DNA of 64,000 nucleotides. Origin: Squalus acanthias (taxonomy: Eukaryota). A model generated the notes under the pieces. That model made no database searches, was not told the DNA's origin, and saw nothing but the letters and a program-made list of their open reading frames with translations. Location: contig JASTWF010000033.1 in NCBI GenBank assembly GCA_030390025.1, forward strand, positions 870,001 to 934,000, written 5' to 3'. Position numbers and translations under genes: made by a program. How positions within the stretch are numbered: position 1 is the stretch's first letter; every line of letters begins with the position of its first letter. Shown piece by piece: positions 30,001 to 45,000 of the stretch.

Positions 30001-33000
30001 GAGTGAGATTTACAGAGTGAGGGAATGGGAGTGAGATTTACAGAGTGAGGGAATGGGAGTGAGATTTACAGAGTGAGGGAATGGGAGTGAGATTTACAGA
30101 GTGAGGGAATGGGAGTGAGATTTACAGAGTGAGGGAATGGGAGTGAGATTTACAGAGTGAGGGAATGGGAGTGAGATTTACAGAGTGAGGGAATGGGAGT
30201 GAGATTTACAGAGTGAGGGAATGGGAGTGAGATTTACAGAGTGAGGGAATGGGAGTGAGATTTACAGAGTGAGGGAATGGGAGTGAGATTTACAGAGTGA
30301 GGGAATGGGAGTGAGATTTACAGATTGAGGGAATGGGAGTGAGATTTACAGAGTGAGGGAATGGGAGTGAGATTTACAGAGTGAGGGAATGGGAGTGAGA
30401 TTTACAGAGTGAGGGAATGGGAGTGAGATTTACAGAGTGAGGGAATGGGAGTGAGATTTACAGAGTGAGGGAATGGGAGTGAGATTTACAGAGTGAGGGA
30501 ATGGGAGTGAGATTTACAGAGTGAGGGAATGGGAGTGAGATTTACAGAGTGAGGGAATGGGAGTGAGATTTACAGAGTGAGGGAGTGGGAGTGAGATTTA
30601 CAGAGTGAGGGAATGGGAGTGAGATTTACAGAGTGAGGGAATGGGAGTGAGATTTACAGAGTGAGGGAATGGGAGTGAGATTTACAGAGTGAGGGAATGG
30701 GAGTGAGATTTACAGAGTGAGGGAATGGGAGTGAGATTTACAGAGTGAGGGAATGGGAGTGAGATTTACAGAGTGAGGGAATGGGAGTGAGATTTACAGA
30801 GTGAGGGAATGGGAGTGAGATTTACAGAGTGAGGGAATGGGAGTGAGATTTACAGAGTGAGGGAATGGGAGTGAGATTTACAGAGTGAGGGAATGGGAGT
30901 GAGATTTACAGAGTGAGGGAATGGGAGTGAGATTTACAGAGTGAGGGAATGGGAGTGAGATTTACAGAGTGAGGGAATGGGAGTGAGATTTACAGAGTGA
31001 GGGAATGGGAGTGAGATTTACAGAGTGAGGGAATGGGAGTGAGATTTACAGAGTGAGGGAATGGGAGTGAGATTTACAGAGTGAGGGAATGGGAGTGAGA
31101 TTTACAGAGTGAGGGAATGGGAGTGAGATTTACAGAGTGAGGGAATGGGAGTGAGATTTACAGAGTGAGGGAATGGGAGTGAGATTTACAGAGTGAGGGA
31201 ATGGGAGTGAGATTTACAGAGTGAGGGAATGGGAGTGAGATTTACAGAGTGAGGGAATGGGAGTGAGATTTACAGAGTGAGGGAATGGGAGTGAGATTTA
31301 CAGAGTGAGGGAATGGGAGTGAGATTTACAGAGTGAGGGAATGGGAGTGAGATTTACAGAGTGAGGGAATGGGAGTGAGATTTACAGAGTGAGGGAATGG
31401 GAGTGAGATTTACAGAGTGAGGGAATGGGAGTGAGATTTACAGAGTGAGGGAATGGGAGTGAGATTTACAGAGTGAGGGAATGGGAGTGAGATTTACAGA
31501 GTGAGGGAATGGGAGTGAGATTTACAGAGTGAGGGAATGGGAGTGAGATTTACAGAGTGAGGGAATGGGAGTGAGATTACAGAGTGAGGGAATGGGAGTG
31601 AGATTTACAGAGTGAGGGAATGGGAGTGAGATTTACAGAGTGAGGGAATGGGAGTGAGATTTACAGAGTGAGGGAATGGGAGTGAGATTTACAGAGTGAG
31701 GGAATGGGAGTGAGATTTACAGAGTGAGGGAATGGGAGTGAGATTTACAGAGTGAGGGAATGGGAGTGAGATTTACAGAGTGAGGGAATGGGAGTGAGAT
31801 TTACAGAGTGAGGGAATGGGAGTGAGATTTACAGAGTGAGGGAATGGGAGTGAGATTTACAGAGTGAGGGAATGGGAGTGAGATTTACAGAGTGAGGGAA
31901 TGGGAGTGAGATTTACAGAGTGAGGGAATGGGAGTGAGATTTACAGAGTGAGGGAATGGGAGTGAGATTTACAGAGTGAGGGAATGGGAGTGAGATTTAC
32001 AGAGTGAGGGAATGGGAGTGAGATTTACAGAGTGAGGGAATGGGAGTGAGATTTACAGAGTGAGGGAATGGGAGTGAGATTTACAGAGTGAGGGAATGGG
32101 AGTGAGATTTACAGAGTGAGGGAATGGGAGTGAGATTTACAGAGTGAGGGAATGGGAGTGAGATTTACAGAGTGAGGGAATGGGAGTGAGATTTACAGAG
32201 TGAGGGAATGGGAGTGAGATTTACAGAGTGAGGGAATGGGAGTGAGATTTACAGAGTGAGGGAATGGGAGTGAGATTTACAGAGTGAGGGAATGGGAGTG
32301 AGATTTACAGAGTGAGGGAATGGGAGTGAGATTTACAGAGTGAGGGAATGGGAGTGAGATTTACAGAGTGAGGGAATGGGAGTGAGATTTACAGAGTGAG
32401 GGAATGGGAGTGAGATTTACAGAGTGAGGGAATGGGAGTGAGATTTACAGAGTGAGGGAATGGGAGTGAGATTTACAGAGTGAGGGAATGGGAGTGAGAT
32501 TTACAGAGTGAGGGAATGGGAGTGAGATTTACAGAGTGAGGGAATGGGAGTGAGATTTACAGAGTGAGGGAATGGGAGTGAGATTTACAGAGTGAGGGAA
32601 TGGGAGTGAGATTTACAGAGTGAGGGAATGGGAGTGAGATTTACAGAGTGAGGGAATGGGAGTGAGATTTACAGAGTGAGGGAATGGGAGTGAGATTTAC
32701 AGAGTGAGGGAATGGGAGTGAGATTTACAGAGTGAGGGAATGGGAGTGAGATTTACAGAGTGAGGGAATGGGAGTGAGATTTACAGAGTGAGGGAATGGG
32801 AGTGAGATTTACAGAGTGAGGGAATGGGAGTGAGATTTACAGAGTGAGGGAATGGGAGTGAGATTTACAGAGTGAGGGAATGGGAGTGAGATTTACAGAG
32901 TGAGGGAATGGGAGTGAGATTTACAGAGTGAGGGAATGGGAGTGAGATTTACAGAGTGAGGGAATGGGAGTGAGATTTACAGAGTGAGGGAATGGGAGTG

Positions 33001-36000
33001 AGATTTACAGAGTGAGGGAATGGGAGTGAGATTTACAGAGTGAGGGAATGGGAGTGAGATTTACAGAGTGAGGGAATGGGAGTGAGATTTACAGAGTGAG
33101 GGAATGGGAGTGAGATTTACAGAGTGAGGGAATGGGAGTGAGATTTACAGAGTGAGGGAATGGGAGTGAGATTTACAGAGTGAGGGAATGGGAGTGAGAT
33201 TTACAGAGTGAGGGAATGGGAGTGAGATTTACAGAGTGAGGGAATGGGAGTGAGATTTACAGAGTGAGGGAATGGGAGTGAGATTTACAGAGTGAGGGAA
33301 TGGGAGTGAGATTTACAGAGTGAGGGAATGGGAGTGAGATTTACAGAGTGAGGGAATGGGAGTGAGATTTACAGAGTGAGGAGAATGGGAGTGAGATTTA
33401 CAGAGTGAGGGAATGGGAGTGAGATTTACAGAGTGAGGGAATGGGAGTGAGATTTACAGAGTGAGGGAATGGGAGTGAGATTTACAGAGTGAGGGAATGG
33501 GAGTGAGATTTAAGAGTGAGGGAATGGGAGTGAGATTTACAGAGTGAGGGAATGGGAGTGAGGTTTACAGAGTGAGGGAATGGGAGTGAGATTTACAGAG
33601 TGAGGGAATGGGAGTGAGATTTACAGAGTGAGGGAATGGGAGTGAGATTTACAGAGTGAGGGAATGGGAGTGAGATTTACAGAGTGAGGGAATGGGAGTG
33701 AGATTTACAGAGTGAGGGAATGGGAGTGAGAATTACAGAGTGAGGGAATGGGAGTGAGATTTACAGAGTGAGGGAATGGGAGTGAGATTTACAGAGTGAG
33801 GGAATGGGAGTGAGATTTACAGAGTGAGGGAATGGGAGTGAGATTTACAGAGTGAGGGAATGGGAGTGAGATTTACAGAGTGAGGGAATGGGAGTGAGAT
33901 TTACAGAGTGAGGGAATGGGAGTGAGATTTACAGAGTGAGGGAATGGGAGTGAGATTTACAGAGTGAGGGAATGGGAGTGAGATTTACAGAGTGAGGGAA
34001 TGGGAGTGAGATTTACAGAGTGAGGGAATGGGAGTGAGATTTACAGAGTGAGGGAATGGGAGTGAGATTTACAGAGTGAGGGAATGGGAGTGAGATTTAC
34101 AGAGTGAGGGAATGGGAGTGAGATTTACAGAGTGAGGGAATGGGAGTGAGATTTACAGAGTGAGGGAATGGGAGTGAGATTTACAGAGTGAGGGAATGGA
34201 GTGAGATTTACAGAGTGAGGGAATGGGAGTGAGATTTACAGAGTGAGGGAATGGGAGTGAGATTTACAGAGTGAGGGAATGGGAGTGAGATTTACAGAGT
34301 GAGGGAATGGGAGTGAGATTTACAGAGTGAGGGAATGGGAGTGAGATTTACAGAGTGAGGGAATGGGAGTGAGATTTACAGAGTGAGGGAATGGGAGTGA
34401 GATTTACAGAGTGAGGGAATGGGAGTGAGATTTACAGAGTGAGGGAATGGGAGTGAGATTTACAGAGTGAGGGAATGGGAGTGAGATTTACAGAGTGAGG
34501 GAATGGGAGTGAGATTTACAGAGTGAGGGAATGGGAGTGAGATTTACAGAGTGAGGGAATGGGAGTGAGATTTACAGAGTGAGGGAATGGGAGTGAGATT
34601 TACAGAGTGAGGGAATGGGAGTGAGATTTACAGAGTGAGGGAATGGGAGTGAGATTTACAGAGTGAGGGAATGGGAGTGAGATTTACAGAGTGAGGGAAT
34701 GGGAGTGAGATTTACAGAGTGAGGGAATGGGAGTGAGATTTACAGAGTGAGGGAATGGGAGTGAGATTTACAGAGTGAGGGAATGGGAGTGAGATTTACA
34801 GAGTGAGGGAATGGGAGTGAGATTTACAGAGTGAGGGAATGGGAGTGAGATTTACAGAGTGAGGGAATGGGAGTGAGATTTACAGAGTGAGGGAATGGGA
34901 GTGAGATTTACAGAGTGAGGGAATGGGAGTGAGATTTACAGAGTGAGGGAATGGGAGTGAGATTTACAGAGTGAGGGAATGGGAGTGAGATTTACAGAGT
35001 GAGGGAATGGGAGTGAGATTTACAGAGTGAGGGAATGGGAGTGAGATTTACAGAGTGAGGGAATGGGAGTGAGATTTACAGAGTGAGGGAATGGGAGTGA
35101 GATTTACAGAGTGAGGGAATGGGAGTGAGATTACAGAGTGAGGGAATGGGAGTGAGATTTACAGAGTGAGGGAATGGGAGTGAGATTTACAGAGTGAGGG
35201 AATGGGAGTGAGATTTACAGAGTGAGGGAATGGGAGTGAGATTTACAGAGTGAGGGAATGGGAGTGAGATTTACAGAGTGAGGGAGTGGGAGTGAGATTT
35301 ACAGAGTGAGGGAATGGGAGTGAGATTTACAGAGTGAGGGAATGGGAGTGAGATTTACAGAGTGAGGGAATGGGAGTGAGATTTACAGAGTGAGGGAATG
35401 GGAGTGAGATTTACAGAGTGAGGGAATGGGAGTGAGATTTACAGAGTGAGGGAATGGGAGTGAGATTTACAGAGTGAGGGAATGGGAGTGAGATTTACAG
35501 AGTGAGGGAATGGGAGTGAGATTTACAGAGTGAGGGAATGGGAGTGAGATTTACAGAGTGAGGGAATGGGAGTGAGATTTACAGAGTGAGGGAATGGGAG
35601 TGAGATTTACAGAGTGAGGGAATGGGAGTGAGTTTACAGAGTGAGGGAATGGGAGTGAGATTTACAGAGTGAGGGAATGGAGTGAGATTTACAGAGTGAG
35701 GGAATGGGAGTGAGATTTACAGAGTGAGGGAATGGGAGTGAGATTTACAGAGTGAGGGAATGGGAGTGAGATTTACAGAGTGAGGGAATGGGAGTGAGAT
35801 TTACAGAGTGAGGGAATGGGAGTGAGATTTACAGAGTGAGGGAATGGGAGTGAGATTTACAGAGTGAGGGAATGGGAGTGAGATTTACAGAGTGAGGGAA
35901 TGGGAGTGAGATTTACAGAGTGAGGGAATGGGAGTGAGATTTACAGAGTGAGGGAATGGGAGTGAGATTTACAGAGTGAGGGAATGGAGTGAGATTTACA

Positions 36001-39000
36001 GAGTGAGGGAATGGGAGTGAGATTTACAGAGTGAGGGAATGGGAGTGAGATTTACAGAGTGAGGGAATGGGAGTGAGATTTACAGAGTGAGGGAATGGGA
36101 GTGAGATTTACAGAGTGAGGGAATGGGAGTGAGATTTACAGAGTGAGGGAATGGAGTGAGATTTACAGAGTGAGGGAATGGGAGTGAGATTTACAGAGTG
36201 AGGGAATGGGAGTGAGATTTACAGAGTGAGGGAATGGGAGTGAGATTTACAGAGTGAGGGAATGGGAGTGAGATTTACAGAGTGAGGGAATGGGAGTGAG
36301 ATTTACAGAGTGAGGGAATGGGAGTGAGATTTACAGAGTGAGGGAATGGGAGTGAGATTAACAGAGTGAGGGAATGGGAGTGAGATTTACAGAGTGAGGG
36401 AATGGGAGTGAGATTTACAGATTGAGGGAATGGGAGTGAGATTTACAGAGTGAGGGAATGGGAGTGAGATTTACAGAGTGAGGGATGGGAGTGAGATTTA
36501 CAGAGTGAGGGAATGGGAGTGAGATTTACAGAGTGAGGGAATGGGAGTGAGATTTACAGAGTGAGGGAATGGGAGTGAGATTTACAGAGTGAGGGAATGG
36601 GAGTGAGATTTACAGAGTGAGGGAATGGGAGTGAGATTTACAGAGTGAGGGAATGGGAGTGAGATTTACAGAGTGAGGGAATGGGAGTGAGATTTACAGA
36701 GTGAGGGAATGGGAGTGAGATTTACAGAGTGAGGGAATGGGAGTGAGATTTACAGAGTGAGGGAATGGGAGTGAGATTTACAGAGTGAGGGAATGGGAGT
36801 GAGATTTACAGAGTGAGGGAATGGGAGTGAGATTTACAGAGTGAGGGAATGGGAGTGAGATTTACAGAGTGAGGGAATGGGAGTGAGATTTACAGAGTGA
36901 GGGAATGGGAGTGAGATTTACAGAGTGAGGGAATGGGAGTGAGATTTACAGAGTGAGGGAATGGGAGTGAGATTTACAGAGTGAGGGAATGGGAGTGAGA
37001 TTTACAGAGTGAGGGAATGGGAGTGAGATTTACAGAGTGAGGGAATGGGAGTGAGATTACAGAGTGAGGGAATGGGAGTGAGATTTACAGAGTGAGGGAA
37101 TGGGAGTGAGATTTACAGAGTGAGGGAATGGGAGTGAGATTTACAGAGTGAGGGAATGGGAGTGAGATTTACAGAGTGAGGGAATGGGAGTGAGATTTAC
37201 AGAGTGAGGGAATGGGAGTGAGATTTACAGAGTGAGGGAATGGGAGTGAGATTTACAGAGTGAGGGAATGGGAGTGAGATTTACAGAGTGAGGGAATGGG
37301 AGTGAGATTTACAGAGTGAGGGAATGGGAGTGAGATTTACAGAGTGAGGGAATGGGAGTGAGATTTACAGAGTGAGGGAATGGGAGTGAGATTTACAGAG
37401 TGAGGGAATGGGAGTGAGATTTACAGAGTGAGGGAATGGGAGTGAGATTTACAGAGTGAGGGAATGGGAGTGAGATTTACAGAGTGAGGGAATGGGAGTG
37501 AGATTTACAGAGTGAGGGAATGGGAGTGAGATTTACAGAGTGAGGGAATGGGAGTGAGATTTAGAGAGTGAGGGAATGGGAGTGAGATTTACAGAGTGAG
37601 GGAATGGAGTGAGATTTACAGAGTGAGGAGTGGGAGTGAGATTTACAGAGTGAGGGAATGGGAGTGAGATTTACAGAGTGAGGGAATGGGTGTGAGATTT
37701 ACAGAGTGAGGGAGTGGGAGTGAGATTTACAGAGTGAGGGAATGGGAGTGAGAATTACAGAGTGAGGGAATGGGAGTGAGATTTACAGAGTGAGGGAGTG
37801 GGAGTGAGATTTACAGAGTGAGGGAATGGGAGTGAGATTTACAGAGTGAGGGAATGGGAGTGAGATTTACAGAGTGAGGGAATGGGAGTGAGATTTACAG
37901 AGTGAGGGAATGGGAGTGAGATTTACAGAGTGAGGGAATGGGAGTGAGATTTACAGAGTGAGGGAATGGGAGTGAGATTTACAGAGTGAGGGAGTGGGAG
38001 TGAGATTTCAGAGTGAGGGAATGGGAGTGAGATTTACAGAGTGAGGGAATGGGAGTGAGATTACAGAGTGAGGGAATGGGAGTGAGATTTACAGAGTGAG
38101 GGATGGAAGTGAGATTTACAGAGTGAGGGAATGGGAGTGAGATTTACAGAGTGAGGGAATTTGAGTGAGATTTACAGATTGAAGGAATGTGAGTGAGATT
38201 TACAGAGTAATGGAGTGGGAGTGAGATTTACCGAGTGAGGGAGTGGGAGTGAGATTTACAGAGTAAGGGAATGGGAGTGAGTTTTACAGAGTGAGGGAAT
38301 GGGAGTGAGATTTACAGAGTAAGGGAATGGGAGTGAGATTTACAGAGTAAGGGAATGGGAGTGAGTTTTACAGAGTGAGGGAATGGGAGTGAGATTTACA
38401 GAGTAAGGGAATGGGAGTGAGATTTACAGAGTAAGGGAGTGGAGAGAGATTTACAGAATGAGGGAATGGATGTTAGATTTACAGAGTGAGGGAATGGGAG
38501 AGAGATTTACAAAGTGAGGGAATGGGAGTGAGGTTTACAGATTGAGGGCATGGAAGTGAGAATTAGAGATTGAGTGAATGGGAGTGAGGTTTACAGAGTG
38601 AGGGAATGGGAGTGAGATTTACAGAGTGAGGGAATGGGAGTGAGATTTACAGAGTGAGGGAATGGGAGTGAGATTTACAGAGTGAGGGAATGGAGTGAGA
38701 TTTACAGAGTGAGGGAATGGGAGTGAGATTTACAGAGTGAGGGAATGGGAGTGAGATTTACAGAGTGAGGGAATGGGAGTGAGAATTACAGAGTGAGGGA
38801 ATGGGAGTGAGATTTACAGAGTGAGGGAATGGGAAGTGAGATTTACAGAGTGAGGGAATGGGAGTGAGATTTACAGAGTGAGGGAATGTGAGTGAGATTT
38901 ACAGAGTGAGGGAATGGGAGTGAGATTTACAGAGTGAGGGAATGGGAGTGAGATTTACAGAGTGAGGGAATGGGAGTGAGATTTACAGAGTGAGGGAATG

Positions 39001-42000
39001 GAGTGAGATTTACAGAGTGAGGGAATGGGAGTGAGATTTACAGAGTGAGGGAATGGGAGTGAGATTTACAGAGTGAGGGAATGGGAGTGAGATTACAGAG
39101 TGAGGGAATGGGAGTGAGATTTACAGAGTGAGGGAATGGGAGTGAGATTTACAGAGTGAGGGAATGGGAGTGAGATTTACAGAGTGAGGGAATGGGAGTG
39201 AGATTTACAGAGTGAGGGAATGGGAGTGAGATTTACAGAGTGAGGGAATGGGAGTGAGAATTACAGAGTGAGGGAATGGGAGTGAGATTTACAGAGTGAG
39301 GGAATGGGAGTGAGATTTACAGAGTGAGGGAATGGGAGTGAGAATTACAGAGTGAGGGAATGGGAGTGAGATTTACAGAGTGAGGGAATGGGAGTGAGAT
39401 TTACAGAGTGAGGGAATGGGAGTGAGATTTACAGAGTGAGGGAATGGAAGTGAGATTTACAGAGTGAGGGAATGGGAGTGAGAATTACAGAGTGAGGGAG
39501 TGGGAGTGAGATTTACAGAGTGAGGGAATGGGAGTGAGAATTACTGAGTGAGGGAGTGGGAGTGAGAATTACAGAGTGAGGGAGTGGGAGTGAGATTAAC
39601 AGAGTGAGGGAGTGGGTGTGAGAATTAGAGATTGAGGGAATGGGAGTGAGATTTACAGAGTGAGGGAATGGAAGTGAGATTTACAGAGTGAGGGAATGGG
39701 AGTGAGATTTACAGAGTGAGGGGATGTGAGTGAGATTTACAGATTGAAGGAATGTGAGTGAGATTTACCGAGTGCGGGAGAGGGAGTGAGGTTTGCAGAG
39801 TGATGGAATGGGAGTGAGATTAACAGAGTGAGGGAGTGGGTATGAGAATTAGAGATTGAGGGAATGGGAGTGAGATTTACAGAGTGAGGGAATGGAAGTG
39901 AGATTTACAGAGTGAGGGAATGGGAGTGAGATTTACAGAGTGAGGGAATTTGAGTGAGATTTACAGATTGAAGGAATGTGAGTGAGATTTACAGAGTAAT
40001 GGAGTGGGAGTGAGATTTACCGAGTGAGGGAGTGGGAGTGAGATTTACAGTGTAAGGGAATGGGAGTGAGTTTTACAGAGTGAGGGAATGGGAGTGGGAT
40101 TTACAGAGTAAGGGAATGGGAGTGAGATTTACAGAGTAAGGGAATGGGAGTGAGTTTTACAGAGTGAGGGAATGGGAGTGAGATTTACAGAGTAAGGGAA
40201 TGGGAGTGAGATTTACAGAGTAAGGGAGTGGAAGAGAGATTTACAGAATGAGGGAATGGGTGTTAGATTTACAGAGTGAGGGAATGGGAGAGAGATTTAC
40301 AAAGTGAGGGAATGGGAGTGAGGTTTACAGATTGAGGGCATGGAAGTGAGAATTAGAGATTGAGTGAAAGGGAGTGAGGTTTACATATTGATGGAATGTG
40401 AGTGAGATTTACAGATTGAGGGAATGGGAGTGAGATTTACAGAGTGAGGGAATGGAAGTGAGATTTACAGAGTGAGGGAGTGGGAGTGAGATTTACAGAG
40501 TGAGGGAATGGGAGTGAGATTTACAGAGTGAGGGAATGGGAGTGAGATTTACAGAGTGAGGGATTGGGAGTGAGATTTACAGATTGAGGGAATGTGAGTG
40601 AGATTTACAGAGTGAGGGAATGGGAGTGAGATTTACAGAGTGAGGGAATGGGAGTGAGATTTACAGAGTGAGGGAATGGGAGTGAGATTTACAGATTGAG
40701 GGAATGGGAGTGAGATTTACAGAGTGAGGGAATGGGAGTGAGATTTACAGAGTGAGGGAGTGGGAGTGAGATTTACAGAGTAAGGGAATGGGAGTGAGAT
40801 TTACAGAGTGAGGGAATGGGAGTGAGTTTACAGATTGAGGGAATGGGAGTGAGATTTACAGAGTGAGGGAATGGGAGTGAGATTTACAGAGTGAGGGAAT
40901 GGGAGTGAGATTTACAGAGTGAGGGAGTGGGAGTGAGGTTTACAGAGTGAGGGAATGGGAGTGAGATTTACAGAGTGAGGGAATGGGAGTGAGATTTACA
41001 GAGTGAGGGAGTGGGAGTGAGATTTACAGAGTGAGGGAATGGGAGTGAGATTTACAGAGTGAGGGAATGGGAGTGAGATTTACAGAGTGAGGGAATGGGA
41101 GTGAGATTTACAGATTGAGGGAATGGGAGTGAGATTTACAGAGTGAGGGAATGGGAGTGAGATTTACAGAGTGAGGGAATGGGAGTGAGATTTACAGAGT
41201 GAGGGAATGGGAGTGAGATTTACAGAGTGAGGGAATGGGAGTGAGATTTACAGAGTGAGGGAATGGGAGTGAGATTTACAGAGTGAGGGAATGGGAGTGA
41301 GATTTACAGAGTGAGGGAATGGGAGTGAGATTTACAGAGTGAGGGAATGGGAGTGAGATTTACAGAGTGAGGGAATGGGAGTGAGATTTACAGAGTGAGG
41401 GAATGGGAGTGAGATTTACAGAGTGAGGGAATGGGAGTGAGATTTACAGAGTGAGGGAATGGGAGTGAGATTTACAGAGTGAGGGAATGGGAGTGAGATT
41501 TACAGAGTGAGGGAATGGGAGTGAGATTTACAGAGTGAGGGAATGGGAGTGAGATTTACAGAGTGAGGGAATGGGAGTGAGATTTACAGAGTGAGGGAAT
41601 GGGAGTGAGATTTACAGAGTGAGGGAATGGAGTGAGATTTACAGAGTGAGGGAATGGGAGTGAGATTTACAGAGTGAGGGAATGGGAGTGAGATTTACAG
41701 AGTGAGGGAATGGGAGTGAGATTTACAGAGTGAGGGAATGGGAGTGAGATTTACAGAGTGAGGGAATGGGAGTGAGATTTACAGAGTGAGGGAATGGGAG
41801 TGAGATTTACAGAGTGAGGGAATGGGAGTGAGATTTACAGAGTGAGGGAATGGGAGTGAGATTTACAGAGTGAGGGAATGGGAGTGAGATTTACAGAGTG
41901 AGGGAATGGGAGTGAGATTTACAGAGTGAGGGAATGGGAGTGAGATTTACAGAGTGAGGGAATGGGAGTGAGATTTACAGAGTGAGGGAATGGGAGTGAG

Positions 42001-45000
42001 ATTTACAGAGTGAGGGAATGGGAGTGAGATTTACAGAGTGAGGGAATGGGAGTGAGATTTACAGAGTGAGGGAATGGGAGTGAGATTTACAGAGTGAGGG
42101 AATGGGAGTGAGATTTACAGAGTGAGGGAATGGAGTGAGATTTACAGAGTGAGGGGATGGGAGTGAGATTTACAGAGTGAGGGAATGGGAGTGAGATTTA
42201 CAGAGTGAGGGAAGGGAGTGAGGTTTACAGAGTGAGGGAATGGGAGTGAGATTTACAGAGTGAGGGAGTGGGAGTGAGAATTAGAGATTGAGGGAATGGG
42301 AGTGAGATTTACAGAGTGAGGGAATGGGAGTGAGATTTACAGAGTGAGGGAATGGGAGTGAGATTTACAGAGTGAGGGAATGGGAGTGAGATTTACAGAG
42401 TGAAGGAATGGTGAGTGAGATTTACAGAGTAAGGGAATGGGAGTGAGATTTACAGAGTGAGGGAGTGGGAGTGAGATTTACAGAGTGAGGGAATGGGAGT
42501 GAGATTTACAGAGTGAGGGAATGGGAGTGAGATTTACAGAGTGAGGGAATGGGAGTGAGATTTACAGAGTGAGGGAATGGGAGTGAGATTTACAGAGTGA
42601 GGGAATGGGAGTGAGGTTTACAGAGTGAGGGAATGGGAGTGAGATTTACAGAGTGAGGGAAGTGGAGTGAGATTTACAGAGTGAGGGAATGGGAGTGAGA
42701 TTTACAGAGTGAGGGAATGGGAGTGAGATTTACTGAGTGAGGGAATGGGAGTGAGATTTACAGATTGAGGGCATGGAGTGAGAATTAGAGATTGAGTGAA
42801 AGGGAGTGAGGTTTACATATTGATGGAATGTGAGTGAGATTTACAGATTGAGGGAATGGGAGTGAGAATTAGAGATTGAGAGAATGGGAGTCAGTGTTGC
42901 AGAGTGAGGGAAATGGAGTGAGATTTACATATTGATGGAATGTGAGTGAGATTTACAGTTTGAGGGAATGGGAGTGAGTTTTACAGAGTAAGGGCATGGG
43001 AGTGAGAATTACGGATTGAGGGTATGGGAGTGAGAATTACAGAGTGATGGAATGGGAGTGAGATTTACAGAGTGAGGGAATGGGAGTGAGATTTACAGAG
43101 TGAGGGAATGGGAGTGAGATTTACAGATTGAGGGAATGGGAGTGAGATTTACAGAGTGAGGGAATGGGAGTGAGATTTACAGAGTGAGGGAATGGGAGTG
43201 AGATTTACAGAGTGAGGGAATGGGAGTGAGATTTACAGAGTGAGGGAATGGGAGTGAGATTTACAGAGTGAGGGAATGGGAGTGAGATTTACAGAGTGAG
43301 GGAATGGGAGTGAGATTTACAGAGTGAGGGAATGGGAGTGAGATTTACAGAGTGAGGGAATGGGAGTGAGATTTACAGAGTGAGGGAATGGGAGTGAGAT
43401 TTACAGAGTGAGGGAATGGGAGTGAGATTTACAGAGTGAGGGAATGGGAGTGAGATTTACAGAGTGAGGGAATGGGAGTGAGATTTACAGAGTGAGGGAA
43501 TGGGAGTGAGATTTACAGAGTGAGGGAATGGGAGTGAGATTTACAGAGTGAGGGAATGGGAGTGAGAATTACAGAGTGAGGGAATGGGAGTGAGATTTAC
43601 AGAGTGAGGGAATGGGAGTGAGAATTACAGAGTGAGGGAATGGGAGTGAGATTTACAGAGTGAGGGAATGGGAGTGAGAATTACAGAGTGAGGGAATGGG
43701 AGTGAGATTTACAGAGTGAGGGAATGGGAGTGAGATTTACAGAGTGAGGGAATGGGAGTGAGATTTACAGAGTGAGGGAATGGGAGTGAGATTTACAGAG
43801 TGAGGGAATGGGAGTGAGATTTACAGAGTGAGGGAATGGGAGTGAGATTTACAGAGTGAGGGAATGGGAGTGAGATTTACAGAGTGAGGGAATGGGAGTG
43901 AGATTTACAGAGTGAGGGATGGGAGTGAGATTACAGAGTGAGGGAATGGAGTGAGATTTACAGAGTGAGGGAATGGGAGTGAGATTACAGAGTGAGGGAA
44001 TGGGAGTGAGATTTACAGAGTGAGGGAATGGAGTGAGATTTACAGAGTGAGGGAATGGGAGTGAGATTTAGAGATTGAGGGAATGGGAGTGAGATTTACA
44101 GAGTGAGGGAATGGAGTGAGATTTACAGAGTGAGGGAATGGGAGTGAGATTTACAGAGTGAGGGAATGGGAGTGAGATTTACAGAGTGAGGGAATGGGAG
44201 TGAGATTTACAGAGTGAGGGAGTGGGAGTGAGATTTACAGAGTGAGGGAGTGGAGTGAGATTTACAGAGTAAGGGAATGGGAGTGAGATTTACAGAGTGA
44301 GGGAATGGGAGTGAGATTTACAGAGTGAGGGAATGGGAGTGAGATTTACAGAGTGAGGGAATGGGAGTGAGATTTACAGAGTGAGGGAATGGGAGTGAGA
44401 TTTACAGAGTAAGGGAATGGGAGTGAGATTTACAGAGTGAGGGAGTGGAAGAGAGATTTACAGAGTGAGGGAATGGGTGTGAGATTTACAGAGTGACGGA
44501 ATGGGAGAGAGATTTACAGAGTGAGGGAATGGGAGTGAGATTTACAGATTGAGGGAATGGAAGTGAGAATTAGAGATTGAGGGAAAGGGAGTGAGATTAC
44601 AGATTGAGGGAATGGGAATGAGGTTTACAGAGTGAGGGAATGGGAGTGAGATTTTCAGAGTGAGGGAATTGGTGTGAGAATTACAGAGTGAGGGAGTGGG
44701 AGTGAGATTTACAGAGTGAGGGAATGGGAGTGAGAATTACTGAGTGAGGGAATGGGAGTGAGATTTACAGATTGAGGGAATGGGAATGAGTTTTACAGAG
44801 TAAGGGCATGGGAGTGAGAATTACGGATTGAGGGTATGGGAGTGAGAATTACAGAGTGATGGAATGGGAGTGAGATTTACAGAGTGAGGGAATGGGAGTG
44901 AGATTTACAGAGTGAGGGAATGTGAGTGAGATTTACAGATTGAAGGAATGGGAGTGAAGTTTACAGATTGAGGGAATGGGAGTGAGATTTACCGAGTGAG